The position numbers and the translations under genes were made by a program. Positions 1 through 13,999 of a stretch of DNA of 64,000 nucleotides are shown here, piece by piece; within the stretch, counting starts at the first letter, position 1; each line of letters begins with the position of its first letter. Location of the stretch: assembly GCF_964355755.1 (NCBI RefSeq), contig NC_092670.1:26460795-26524794 (forward strand), written 5' to 3'. The notes beneath the pieces were generated by a model. That model had not been told where the DNA came from and searched no databases. It saw only the letters and a list, made by a program, of their open reading frames with translations. Source of the DNA: Antedon mediterranea (Eukaryota; Animalia; Echinodermata).

Positions 1-632
1 CGTCACGGACGGGACACGTTTGCAAAAATACAAATTTTGTAACTTGTTTATTATAGTATATTGTAATTTAATATCTTAAGAGTTGAAAATTTAGATTTAA
101 AAAAAAACATTTAAAAAAAGATTTTCGAGCTATTCATTCAATAAAGACAAGTGACGACAAAACCCAACCGAACTCAGAAGTTAAAATTATGAATTTTGAA
201 ATGCAAGTATGAAATTAGTAAATAAATAAATAATTTAAATAAAATACTTGATTATGAACAATTTGAACTTACTGTTAAAAAGTAACTATATTTAGGGGGA
301 AATATGTTAACAAGATGCATGGTTTATGAAATAAAAAGGATTAAAATGATATGTCCCATCCGTAACAAAAATGTCTGACCCGTTCCTACAAAAACAAAAT
401 TTTAAATTGTGCTATCAATACTTTTAACTGAAATGTAAAAAACACCCCAATACCACTATTAAATTTTGCGGACGGGACAATTATGAAATGTATATATGAA
501 ATTTAATAAACGAAATATGTGTTATAAAATGATTGACTATGTACAATAGGGACATAGAGTAACTATATCTGGAAAAAAAGATTAGGATTTAAATTATGTC
601 CCGTCTGTAACAAAAATGTCCCGTTTGTAACA
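1..632. repeat. Transposon-like fragment with dispersed (ATGTCCCGTC[C/T]GTAAC)-type subterminal motifs, truncated by the window edge
   Basis: The motif recurs in both orientations at ~1-17, 351-365, 467-480 and 596-632. Confidence 0.45.
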
Positions 633-853
633 ATATATTTTTGAAATATATTTTCATCAAAATATAAATTTTCATAAAAGGTGTTCATAATCTAATGAGA
701 TATAGTCCTCAGGAGAAAATGAAATATCAAGATTTTTGCACACAGGACATTTATGTATTTGAAATGGATGCAAGAAATTATTAAACAATTTCACAACCAA
801 GAGTTATATCAAAATCATTGGAAGTACACACCTAATTGGTGACAGTGGCTTAA

Positions 854-1500
854 GGCTTGTGCACACTGAATAATCACATGTGAAGCGACACACATCAAAT
901 CGAAGCGAGATGCGTGAAGCTTTAAAAAGTTAGAACATCGCGAGTGTCGCGATCCGAGTATGTTCCGATTGGAAGCAAAGCGTCACACATCAATTTCGCA
1001 AGTTCCGGTTTGATCTGGGCGTGGCTAGTAGGCCTGGGCCTAGAGGCAAAATAAGAAGCTAGGTAGGCCTAGGTAGGCTAGGCCTGGGTATTTACAAATC
1101 TATTTCAAATACACTTGTATTTTGTAATAGACACATCCCTGAAAAGGCATTTCTTTGGTTTGGTGATTTTTATATTCAAGTGCCCCTTTTGTCATAAAAA
1201 GACGAGATACTCGTGAATTATGGCCACAAAATTGACGTCGCTAACACAAAATCCATGTTGAACAAATTATTTTCATCTTCATCTGACTGATGACATCACA
1301 CATAGCCCTACGATTCTTGTGATTTGATTGGTCAAATCGAATTTGCAATCGAAAATGAAAAAGTTGCCCATGAAGCAACTCTAGCTAATTCACTTGTGGA
1401 GCCTTCGCTAGTTCCGAATTCACAAGTTCGATTTGATGTTCACACTGAAATCGTCCGTCTCGACAAAATTTGCGTGTAAATTGTTCAGTGTGCACCTGAC
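854..1500. mobile_element. MITE, probably PIF/Harbinger-like
   Basis: Inverted termini GTGCACACTGAA(T/C)AAT at 859 and TTCAGTGTGCAC at 1484-1495; inverted subterminal CATCAAATCGAA/TTCGATTTGATG; TAA precedes the left end. Confidence 0.6.
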
Positions 1501-2475
1501 AGCTAGTGAAGTCCTATGATTTTATATTTTCTTCTTGCATCGTGTTTGTTTAATTTGTTGATTTGTATCATATTTTGTAAAATGTATCTTTTGCCTGAAT
1601 AATAATAATAATAATAAATTAATTTGTTTCAACCCACGGATCAAATACTGTGGAATGCTCCTTATAACACTCGGAAAATTGAACATTTATGAAAACTTAT
1701 ATATTTTCTTTTAATAGATGGTTATGAGATTGTTGGCATAATTGCACATAAAATTAAAATGTCCTACGCTAACGTCACATTAAGCGCCACATTTACTAGA
1801 TGACTTCTGCCGTGTATAATCTAAAGTATTGATTGTATTTCCTTAAGTTGCTAAAGGCTTAGTATAGGAGAATATTTATCTCTGAAAATTCCTGAGCCAT
1901 AAAATGCATGCATCAATGAGCAGAATGTTTAATCAAGCATAGAGCAGCACCGATTTAACCACTTATGAGTCCGAAGCTGAAAGCACTGCTATCGTTTCCC
2001 TTCCACACGATTGCTCTTAACTGTTAAGATCCACAACACCCTAAGATACATCAAGCAAATCATATGTGAAATAAAGCAAAGACAATTTTCCACTATCAGT
2101 GGATTTTTCACAAATTGCATATTTTTGTCAAATATTTGCTTGAATCTGGGTCATCAATGGCAGAAAATTAGATTTCATATTTATCTATCAATTTGATACT
2201 CATCAGAAGTATAGCAGATTAACACTTGCAAATAATATACTGTACTTTGGTTTCTCTTGCAGGCAAAATAAGGCAAAATAAAAAAAATACACTTGTTAAA
2301 GATGTATTTTTTTAAGCTGTTAAATATTTTAGACATAGGAACCTTTTTTTAACTTGAAAAGGTCATCATATTCAAACAATTGAATAAACGTGTGTGGTGT
2401 AAAATAAAAACTATGCTGTTCATACAATCGTAGTGCAGTCTACTGTAAACTAAGTGGCCTAATAAATAGCATGTG

Positions 2476-2533
2476 CATGTTAAGATGCGTTGCGCGATAG
2501 CCTAACTCGTCACCGTGACGAGTTCAAATCTAG
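2476..2533 (+). mobile_element. Solo Helitron-like 3' end
   Basis: Hairpin AACTCGTCA-CCG-TGACGAGTT followed by CAAATCTAG; the same end structure occurs at 38343-38374 and 36363-36392. Confidence 0.65.
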
Positions 2534-5447
2534 TATTGTTTTAGAATAGAGAATGCCTATTATATGCCAAATAGAGAATTTGGCATAGAATTTTCCTATA
2601 AAACTCTTTTTTAGTAGTTAGAGAGTTTAACTTGTGTACTTTAATACTATATCTGGCGACTCCCTAGAAAGTGAAATAAAGTTGGTGGGTAATATGGTGG
2701 ATCATTTTTCTATAGCATGAACAATTCTGAAGTTGAATAAAAACTATCTATATATAAATTTATGTAAGGGCAAATCGCGCATAACTTCTAGAATTGTAAC
2801 TTAATGATATAGAAAGAAAGAATTTTTAACACATAAAAAACCAGTATACTAATCAAATTAGTAATTTAATATTTACGATTAAAACAAATTTATATTAAAT
2901 GATTTGCCTTGAAAAGGGATGTTTTCAGAATGTGGTACACACTGTCTGTTGTTGTTGATTCCAGAACATTAATTGCTGAATCTTGGTACACAATTAAAAA
3001 ATAGATATATATGTATTGATGATGCTTCTATTGATATTTATAGGTTAAAGACCTTTAAAAAAGCGCTTCCTATCTGGGGTGTGTATCATGTGTTTTAACT
3101 GGTGTCATCATCATCTGCAATAGAATATAATACCCCTTTTACACCGGCAGTAAAATGGCATCAAGTCAACCCGGGACGCACTCGGGATGAACCTGTGTTT
3201 GCGGTGTAAAACGCTTATCAGCGTATCTTAAACCGCTCACTATAGTATTTAATTTACATACAATTAAGATAAGATTTACTTTGTTTATTTAATAAATAAA
3301 ACTTATGGTTATTTGTTATTCTTTTTTATTTCAAGATATTATTCTTCACGAGTAGACTAAAGTTTTGTGTGTATTGCCAGAAAAACAAAATTGTAGGAGC
3401 TATAATGAGCAGACCGTTACTAGGGTGTCTCTTCATGCGTAAGAGGGCGATATTTCTATTGATCTATAACATCAGGTTTGTATGCTAGTGTGTTTTTCTA
3501 ATTTCTCTGGAATTGTTGACAGTATCTATTTTAAAAGTTAATACAGTGCCCTTGCAGCTTTCCTTATGAAGCCACATTAAAATTTAAAAAAAAAATTATA
3601 TATACAGTATATTTCAAATGATAAGAATTATATTGTTTTTTTGGTGTTCAAATGACTAGTAAACAAACATGCAGTGAACTCATCAGTAAACTACAGTTTT
3701 TTAAACTTATTAAAACACATTAAAACAGCCAGATAACAATGAGGCGGGGCAAAAGAGGCACAGCACGAAAAATGAGTATAAAAAAGTGGTATCAAGATCT
3801 GGCTTATGCATTATGTCACACTTCAATAGCATGTTGTCAAAAGCACTTATTACTACCAAACTGAATATTAACATTTAGACCTGAGGAACTTGACTTTAAC
3901 CTTTCTGTATATTTAAATATCATTAAATAAATATTTATTGAAGCTCTAACAAACATTCCAATCCTAACACAAAGTACTTTCTAATTTAGTGATTCTATGC
4001 TACCGTACTTTAAAGTGGAGGTGTAATTAGGGCTTTTCTTTCTGTTATTTACTTCAATATATATGTTATTATGTATAAACAAAAAAACAGTTTATATTAG
4101 AAATCAGAAAAATAAAAAATTTGAAGATATCAAAGAAACGCTATATATGTTTTTTTTTAGTAGTTAGGTAGTTCTCCTTACTCTAGATCACTTACGACAA
4201 ATTAATATTTAAAAGATTTAGCAAAGCATAGACAAAAGTTCACTGCTTTCTGTCAGACCTATGCCAATATCTGTATTTGAGCCTGGGGTCTATCAGCACT
4301 GATTACGCTTTTCAATCAAACAACAGAATTGGTTTGCAAAAAATCTGTGTGATATCTGTTGAATTTTGTAATGAAATGCATTTCAATTTGGGCTTAGAGT
4401 GGAAGCTATCTATTGCATTTTGAATGTAATTCTATCCGATTGCATGGCCAAAGGCAAAGTACAGTACTGTACCTGTATATATTATTCTGTATTGCAAAAA
4501 GTGTGTTATAAAACAAATAATTAATGTTTTGTATTCGTTGAATGGAGAGAATATTTCATTCATTGAAAATAGCCTTAAAATAGTATTTTTTGTATTCTTT
4601 TTTTCTTATTGATTACAATAATGTATACGTTAATTTCAAAATTATTTATCACAGAATTATGTCTTTGCATCACATTTGTACAAAACAACATAATGGTTAA
4701 AAGTTATTCACTACCGTCATTAATTCAAATTTTAATTCAAAATCAATTTACTATCAATTTAAAAAAAAACTACCTTTTATTTATCGACAAAGATGAATAA
4801 ACTAAAGTTCAATGAAGGTCATAGTTCACAATCATTGATCATCCCTATCATCGTATCAATACAATTAATCAACTTGTAGAAAACAGTAGTAGTTGGATCA
4901 ATATGTACTGTCAGTTTCATTCAAATCCAAAGGAGATAAATGTCAAAATTTGATGATTTATCAAATCAAAATTTAATTTTAACCTTAAAAGCAAGAAGCA
5001 GCAAATAACAAGTTTCGTTCACAAATAACAAAACTCGACAATCTGAAAAAATAACATTACTGTAGTTATACACTGCTAAAACAAATATCAATATACATTA
5101 CCATATAAAAATTGGAGACAAATTGGAGAATTCGATCTATTTCCTCATTTTTCAATGAGACTTTATATTACATATTCATAAAATACATCAGGATGACTGG
5201 CAAATATGATAGTACATGGGTGGTGGTAAATGCATGTATTTTATAATAAAATTATATTTTTATGCATTTTTAAAAGGGGAACGGGAAGACATTAATAGTT
5301 TCGTTATTATTGTATCCATAAATTTGTTAAAGATAATATGTAGTTTACAGATTAATAACGGTAACTTTACCTAATGTCGCACTTAATTTCACACAGTTAT
5401 TTTTATCATAATTTTACCAAAATTTAACCATTATGTAAAAAAAAACA

Positions 5448-5553
5448 ATTGACTCGCATGGTGAATGTCATGTGTTAACACCTGAGTCACATGGTGAATG
5501 TCATGTGATTGACTCGCATGGTGAATGTCATGTGTTAACACCTGAGTCGCACA
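5448..5553. repeat. Short tandem repeat, 60-bp period with a CATGGTGAATGTCATGTG core
   Basis: Lines 5461 and 5521 begin identically; the core occurs three times. Confidence 0.85.
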
Positions 5554-8389
5554 TTTGTATTTGATCATATTGTACAGTAGTTATTAAGGACCTGAGCAGC
5601 ATTCCTCTCACGATTCTGCAATCATTGACAAATGTTTAAGCATTTTGATGTTTTGCAGGAATAATCAACATCCTCCAGACCAACTTGTTGGAAACATTTA
5701 AATATGGCAATAGAAGAGGAATGCACATGTGTAATGTGCAGTTAAAACTAATATATGTACGATATTTTGGGCAACTTTAATTAGTTTTACTGTGGAACTA
5801 GAATGGTTAAAAAATAAATAAAAATCACATTTGTTGAAATACTATTTTACCCTTACAAAAAGATGTTATTTTAAAATGTTGACATTTTAAAAATAGAAAA
5901 CAAATTAAGGTAAAAAAATGTTTTTAGAAATCCAAATAAAATACAGTACAACATTTTAAAAACAACATTTTAAAAAATGGTAATGTCATAAAGAAATAAT
6001 AAATGGTACATTGAATAAACTAAATTCAAATTGATAAATACTATTTTATTTTCTTAAGTTAAATTATAATACGTTAACCAAATATTACTGTACCGTGGTT
6101 TAATATAAATTGTTCTACAAAAATAACTAAAATAGTATAGTCTTAAATTGTTGATATATTTATCTATGAAAAATGAGCATTTTTGCATTTGGCAGAAATT
6201 CAAATAAATAAATATTCTGCGTATTTGAGATTACGGTAGAGCAAATTTAATGAAAATCAACTTGTACAAGTTTTACAGGAACAGCTTTATAAAAATTACC
6301 ATATTAAGCATTTTTGAGTAGACATAATTAAGCCTAAACAGTTTACTCAATTCTAACAGTGACTGGCTTTTGAAATTTATAATACAGTATATACAAATTT
6401 TAATTAAACTACAACAAATAATAAAAATAAATGAAAAGTAAAAATATCTTTTAAACAGGAATAATGCTATATTTAGATTAATACAGAATTTTAACAAGAA
6501 AAACAGAACTGTAAACTTGATTATACATGTGTACAAACAAACTAGCTTTGTTACATTCAGCCAGATAAATGATAATTACTAAACTAATATATCAAATATC
6601 CAGAAAAATATAAGGCCAGGAAGATACATTAATGTTTTATATAATCATATTTATGTTATCAACGTCTAAAATGCACTCAAGTGCAAAAGGTAAAATGCAG
6701 CAAGCAGAACATAATTTATATGAATAACAGAAGACAGGCAATATAACCTGATAACTATGTATTCAAATTATACATCTTTTTAGTTTTAGAAACTGTATAA
6801 GTAAGAGCAATACACAATTATAATTTATTATTTATGCCACCCTACAATTTTTTTCACAAGCAATTATGACATGTTTTGTGAACATTTTATTTGTTATTTT
6901 AAAAAAAAAATTGAAAAAAAAAATCATAATCGGTACATTCTTTTGTATTTTACATAATATAGTTTTAATTTTTACATGGGATACATTAAACTATTTAAAT
7001 GACTATATACTAATTCTAGTCTTAAATTAGCCTTTGTCTAAAATGCATGTGATTTCATAGTTTGTTGTAAATGAAAGAAAGTATGTTTCTCTCCTCATAT
7101 CAAGAATCACAAGTGAATTTATAGGTTTTCAGTACAAAATCTGAGCCACTTTGACCGATTACATGATCCCTCTAGCGAATAAGCTTAAGAAAAACAAGAT
7201 TGAATCACAAACATATTATTATCAGGTCATAAGTGCTGTAATCTTTTTCTGTTCACATTTTCTAGCGTACGTGCACATGGCATTGTGCGGATAACTATCT
7301 AGTCAAATCTAATTAAAATTATTGTTAAGAGTAATACAATTACAGGTGCCCTGGTAATTGGAGACGGGTTACACCATAATATATTATTTAGAGTTTTAAA
7401 TTTAATGTTATTAACAATACAACTACTGGTGCCTTGGGTATTGGAGACGGTCACATCAAGTTATTGTTCATAAGGTTAGATACATTGACCACTTGGGAGT
7501 CACCAATTTGCTTTAAGGTAACTGTTTTGTGTTTTTATCGTTTTTTGTTTGTGCATTTAGAAAGATTGTCATATTTTTTAGACAATCTATGGGTGACAAG
7601 ATTCCTTTTGTTGCATACTGTGACATTAGACCTTCGATCCAAATTATTCACATCTGTGATTCTCATGATTACGTTTAAATATGTTTAATTGAAAGTGATT
7701 AAATTTAAAAAAAACAGGAAAAATATATCAACATTTTCCAATAGTGTTTTTTAATACATTACACTTTTTCAGTAACTTGGTTATTAGTTTACAAGAATAC
7801 TGTATGTCTCAAAATGTGTTGCACTTGGCAACGAACGTGTTTTGTTCATCGGTGAACGTGTTGGTGTAGTTTTTCCCCTTTTGTAAATTATAGTGTCGAA
7901 AAATGGCAAATCAATTTTATATACACAATTAATGCAATTTTGTTTTGGCCAAAAGTATTATTAAATGTAACATTATGATTTTGCAGTGTACAATAGTATA
8001 AACTAGGCCTAGCTAGGGCGTCTACTCAGCCTAGCTAGGCTTGAATTCATACTGTATGTCTAGGCCTAAAAAAAGTTTGAAACGGCATGGTTGTTCCGCA
8101 CCTCTTTTATCGTTCGTGGGTGTTCTTGCACGTTCTTGCACATTAGGAATTGTGAAACACAAAATCCTCTACAAAACTAGACTGGTATTGCTCACATCAC
8201 AGAATAGTTAAATTATATAGAAGCTTAGGCTTGACTGAAGAGAAATTATTCAGGCACCATCATCTGTAGGATGATGCCGAGTGCCAGAACAAACCGATTT
8301 CGCTGCCATAAGGCTATCAGCCTAGCCTTGGCCAAGTAGTAATTGGTACATACCTAGTAGGCCTAGGCCTAGCTTTTATGAATTACATA

Positions 8390-8512
8390 GGGTTTCACGA
8401 AACCTAAGATCATTAAAGCTAAGACCCACCTAAGATCATTAAAGCTAAGACCCCCTAAGACCTATGATCACGAAACCTAAGACCCAAGACCTAAGATTAC
8501 AAATTCTAAGAT
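8390..8512. repeat. CTAAGA-rich subterminal-type repeat cluster
   Basis: ACCTAAGATCATTAAAGCTAAGACCC occurs twice, plus several CCTAAGA motifs after GGGTTTCACGAA. Confidence 0.55.
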
Positions 8513-9257
8513 ATACGACAGTAAAAAAAAAACACATTTGAAGATTTTTTCGCGATGCGGCTTTAGCCAGCTATATTCCCAGAGGACTATTCATTCAGAA
8601 GCTATATCAAGCGGAAGTTATAGTTCTAGAGACTGACAGTTTTGGAACTTTGTAAACTCGGCAGGGTCATGCTCAAATTAAAAACCTCAAGGCATGTCTG
8701 GGAGAACTATGAAAACATTTGCTGATAATACAGTATTATTAAGATACATGTAGACAGTAATCTGTAAAATCTTTTTAAATAAATAATGACTATGTTCTAA
8801 TTGCTGTCAACCTAGGCCAGTATTATAATTCACTGTCAAATCAGTCAAATCAAAACTTTACTTTGGCTGTCAACCTATAGGCAAGTATTTACAATGACTC
8901 CCATTTGACTGTCAATCTAGGCTAATGTTATAACAATTCCTCATCAGAATAATCATTGAATTATGATCAAAACAGTCCATAGTAAAGTTTTGTTTCATAA
9001 TAGGATACAATTTGTTCACACTTGAACTTGGTTTGGTGGGTACTGTTTGGTTTTCATTATTATTACATTTTTATTATTATTGTTGTAAATTGTATAGTTA
9101 GCTTTGTAATGTGATTTTAGTAAATGTTGATGTAGAACGCACCTTCATTAATATCGAAGTGTGCAACTGTTACAAAAGTGTATGTTGAAATAAATAATTA
9201 TCATTATTAATATTATTATAAGGTGTATTGTCCCCCAAAAAAAATGAAGATTAAATA

Positions 9258-9480
9258 AGTCCATTCCCTACGTTTTTTAGATCTAATTTAAGGTCACAAA
9301 CTACATTTAATGTAAAAATAAATAATATACGGTCCTATTGAGATAACTTTTTTCATCTTGAAATAGTTAAAAATGTGAAAAATAAGGTGATTCTAATCAT
9401 TTTAGCGGCCCGCTATAAATCCCAACTTGTATTGCACGTGGATTGATTTTTTTGTTTTTCTTCTGTAATTCACCCAGTTT
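9258..9480 (+). mobile_element. Kolobok-like MITE family K1, left fragment
   Basis: Colinear with 41152-41370 (CTACGTTTTT..AGATCTAATT..AGCGGCCCGCTATAAATCCCAA). Confidence 0.75.
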
Positions 9481-9512
9481 ATCTTAGAAAAACAGTACAT
9501 GTATGTATTACA

Positions 9513-10220
9513 AGAGAGTATAGATATATATCACAGGAAAATGTTGCGAAACATGATAGATATTAAATTAACAGATAGAGTGTGTAACACGAAAATATAC
9601 GAGATAACAAAACAAGAAGAATGGAGTAAAAGAATTAAACGAAGGAGACTAAAATGGTATGGACACATAATTAGATTACCGGAAGATACCCCAATCAAAC
9701 AAACAATGAAGGAAACTAACAGGAAAGTAAAACGACCCGTAGGAAGACCAAGAAATAACTGGATGAATCAAATAAAGAAAGACTTACAAGGACTAGTAGA
9801 CACTAACTAAGGGAGTGAGTGGCCGAGCGGTTAAGACAGTGGAACCGTAATTACGTAGCCATAACATCGGCAGGGGTTCGAGGCTCACTCACTCCATGGT
9901 TCTGGTGGTAGAACGAGTCTTCTCGGATAAGGACTATAAACCGTAGGTCCAGTGTACACATCTAGCTCGTGTGCACTTTAAAGAACCTAGTACATCTTTC
10001 GAGACGAGTAGGGGGTTACCCCGGTGTATTAGTACATTACAGCCACTGATCACCAACTGGGCCCTCTGGGAGACCAGTCTTTGACTGAAGAGGTTACCCA
10101 GTATAAATATATATTCAATCAATCTAACACAATAACAAACCATCCTGCCATAAACAGACAAAAATGGAAACAAATTGTGGAAAGCGTAATGTCGGAAGAC
10201 GGAAAACGTTAGCAACTAAC
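9513..10220 (+). mobile_element. 5'-truncated RTE-like LINE (ORF2 C-terminus) interrupted by a SINE
   Basis: Translation RRRLKWYGHIIR...KRPVGRPRNNW...INRQKWKQIV is typical of RTE-clade ORF2 ends. 11-bp TSD TATGTATTACA at 9502-9512 and 10221-10231; short (AACT) tail. Confidence 0.85.
9811..10123 (+). mobile_element. tRNA-derived SINE with a Deu/Nin-type central domain
   Basis: A box TGGCCGAGCGG 9820-9830; B box GGTTCGAGGC 9875-9884; GGAGTGA/TCACTCC stem; core TTCTCGGATAAGGACTATAAACCGTAGGTCC...TTAAAGAACC...GAGTAGGGGGTTACCCCGGTG; (TCAA) tail. Confidence 0.88.
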
Positions 10221-12389
10221 TATGTATTACATAATTTATGCTCTTTTACAATGGCTATATTGGAAAAAAAAATTGCATTTTGGCAAGCACTTTGTTATTA
10301 AATAATAACAAATATCATAGCATTAATTATTTTAATTTATAGCTTGGAACAAAAATAATTTGTGTTCGAAAATTAAATATAAATGCTTATGATGATCATG
10401 TTAAATTCTTTTTTTATTGTAGCAATATTGTTCTACATTTATGAATCTTACAGTTTAAACAGTGCATTAGCTTTATTCTTTCATTGATATTTAACGATAG
10501 ATCTATTGTTCCATGTTGTTGATTAATATTCAAATGTCAACATGTTTTTTTGGCATCTGTAAATTATGAATAATACATGATGCAATTACACATTGTAAAT
10601 GTTTCTTTTGTGTATTTTTTGTCCCTAAAAGTGAAATTCAAACTAGTAATTACCAGTAATCTTCATAATATAAACTATAATCTATGCATAGCCCACGTAG
10701 AGTAATTTCCATTGTGAACCATATGGTAACTTATTGTTCGCTGATGGACAAACTGAAATGATTGCCTTAAATTCTGATTCAATGACTGTGGCATTTAGAA
10801 ATAGGACTAACTTACTGACATTTATGTCATAAATAAATTGATTTTTAAAGTGATAATAAAATCATCATCATCATTTCTCAAGGCCTCTTATCAGAGAGAA
10901 CAACATGCGAGGAAAGGTTTAATTAATTAGTTTAATTATTGGACAGGGATGTTCCAACAAAAACACTTTTGCTTTGATAGGAAATTTTTTTTAACAGCTA
11001 AGTTTAGGTATGAAATAAACTGATAAAAATAAATGGTAATGATTATTCAAATTCTAACTGTAGTTCAAAACCAATAAATAAATATTAGGCAGCTTATCAT
11101 ACACAGTATCTTTTAAATGTGTTTTAATTGGTTATTTATTATTGTGTATATTAATTAGAATATTATATTCTGACTACTACTATTGCTGAATGAGCTTCAA
11201 TGGTGTAGGTTGAGGTTTCTCATAAGAACCTACAGGCAATGTGGTTTGTGGCTTTGGTTGTCATTACTATGCATTTAATCAATCAGCTAATTAACTTATG
11301 AGGCAAGGCTCATTAAACAGAATGGAGAACTGCCTGCAAAATACAGAAGAGACCATAATTCATACAAATTTAAGCTTACTTGCTAATTTTAGTATAAATG
11401 TCATTATGCTCTACTGCAGGCCTAAAATATAAAATTAACTATTAAAACATCTGGATTTTTAGAAATTGTTTATTTTTTAAATTAGGACACTCAACCTCAA
11501 ATGTGTCGGTATTGCTACTAATCATCAATCTAATATATATAATACTGTATAGAATTCTACAGTAGAATATGTTTCTACTACTGTGTCAATGCAGTAAATT
11601 CTGTTGATATCGTACAACTGCATAATCAGTTATTTGCCCTATTTAACAAATTGATTTTTCTCCAAAATGAACAGATTAAAAATCATGGCCTGCTATTTTA
11701 TGCAACCCAAAAGTTGTCAATTAAAAGAAAAAAAGACTCTTACAAAGTTTCTATTGAAATTTTAGACAAACTGAATATGCATAAACCATGCTCAAGTATC
11801 GCTCTACTTTCTATGTTTTTTATAGCCTTTTCACACAATAAAATAATTATAGATTTTTCCATGAAATTAATGTTCTATCAAAGTATAAGAAATGCATAGT
11901 CTATTGTTGATGAATTGTTGATGAATTTAATTAAATGCATTGTACTAGCTGTCTTCCATAATATTCACTCAACATACACACATTTAAGTCTCTACTGTAC
12001 AATATAAAATGTTTTATCTAATTCAATTTGATTGCAACATTAAATGTGCAAATAATGTCAATTACTATAGTGAAAATGCGAAGAATTACTGACTCATTGT
12101 AAACACACAATATTTTGGACAGTATGGTACAAGTACTCATAAAGTGAACATTCAATTAATAATTTCATCAATCACATCTTCACCACAGTTTAGCATATTA
12201 ATTAAACACATTTTTATTTCTTATGTTTACCTTGATTAAATCTGTCAAAATTATTGCATTTTAAAGTACTTATTGCATCCAATGTCACTTTAATTGAGTA
12301 TTAAATATTTTTAAACCACAAAAATATTTGTCAGTGACCTTGACAAATCTGTCACACTGTGGCAACTTTAATCTGATCTTGCTATAATT

Positions 12390-13999
12390 CCCCAAATCTC
12401 TGTCTGTCCGGGTTTATTATATATTTATATATTATATATATCATATTATAATAATTATTATATAAATCGTTAAATTTAAATAAATGTTTCTACATGCCAA
12501 ATTTTCTTCCAAATCTTATATTTTTTGCTAAATTCATTATCTTTCGAAATTTTCATCTTCTAGTTTATTTTTATAACGTCATCATAGCTAAAAATTTAAA
12601 CATAATGTGGGTCCTATGCTGCACTGTATATAAATATTTGTTATAAACATTCATTCCGACTTAAAATAACGCTATATGAACAGGTTAAAAATGACAAAAT
12701 GTGCACATTCACAAAAAAGTGCTAAAAATGAAAATAATTAATCAGAATCCTCGATAACCCCCAATTTTTTTAATTTATTCTGGAAGCCATTGAGCCATTT
12801 TACGTAAAAAATATTGTGACGTCATCAAATGGCTACTTAAATTAAAAAATTAGGATTTTTTCTCTTTTGTCATAGATTATCACATTCAACAGAGAGCATG
12901 TTGTTTTTTTTCCTCAAATGTGCTTTCTCAAAAAAGATTCTGACAATAACAAGGGTTATCTGCAACTTTTTTTGGTAAAATAAAACCATTTAAATCATGC
13001 CTATTTATTTATTTATAATAGCTCCTCGGTATCACCGTGACCCCAAATTTTTTTCAACTTATGGTCACGAAGTATGAAATTTCTATTGAATTATGATTTT
13101 CCAGCCTTTCCTAGTCATTTTAAACAAAATTGACATTGTTTCAAATTAAAATGACGTCATACAAACACGTTGATTTAGACCATTTGTTTTGACCATGTTT
13201 TAGTTAAAAAGTTACAAAATATTGTCAAAATCATGCCTATTTTGAATCTATTATAGCTCCTCAGGATCAACCGTGGATAAGTTGTTGATGTGAATTCATG
13301 TAAAATTTTTACCTCTCGGATGTTGTGACATCATCGTATGGCCACATTTTTGCACACACATTTAATACAGCGCATCTCCGCTTATCTGCCCCTCAATTTT
13401 AATAAAGATTTTAATATCTTTTTGCTCAATCACTTATATTTCGCATGAGAATATTTAAATTTTGTCTAAAAATTTGAATAACCTGGGTGACTTATTTTCA
13501 TCCTTACAGTAATATATATTATATATATAAATTTCAATATGTTATAGTTCGTCATAATGAAACGTAACCCTCCTGGTTAAAACATATTATCAAAGCTTTT
13601 TAATTGTAGATATGGATTGATGTAACAATTTTGTCTATCGGATGTTGTGACATCATCATATGGCTAATTGAACTGAAAAAGTCTCTTCAATATGCTAATA
13701 TGTTGTTGCTCAGATTATTTTCTTCAAAATTGATATCTTCATGTTTCATTTTGATGATGCATGTTAAAAATTAGAATTTAAGGCGGTTCCCGTAATTTCA
13801 CTTATGCTACACTGTATGTAGTACGTATACTGTATATATACTTAGGCACAAACTAGAGAGCACACTATAAGAACATTTTATTTTATTCAGGTCATATCGG
13901 CATAATATTTTTTCTGTGCGCAATATTCTAATGTACAGTGTGAACATGGCTTTTGTCGTGCGGATAACTAACTCATAAAATTGACAAGTTCATATCTAG
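12390..13999 (+). mobile_element. Degenerate non-autonomous Helitron/Helentron-like element
   Basis: Body similar to 36839-38374 (TTGTGAC[G/A]TCATC subrepeats); 3' GCGGATAAC, degenerate hairpin and CTAG at 13996-13999. The 5' limit is approximate. Confidence 0.7.

Noticed and set aside
3070-3114. Minus-strand acceptor (TTGCAG|ATGATG) as the common downstream exon
   Set aside because: All three frames hit a stop within 15 codons.
9811-9895. tRNA gene
   Set aside because: No proper anticodon arm or T-run terminator; it continues into a SINE core that has a second copy at 55605.
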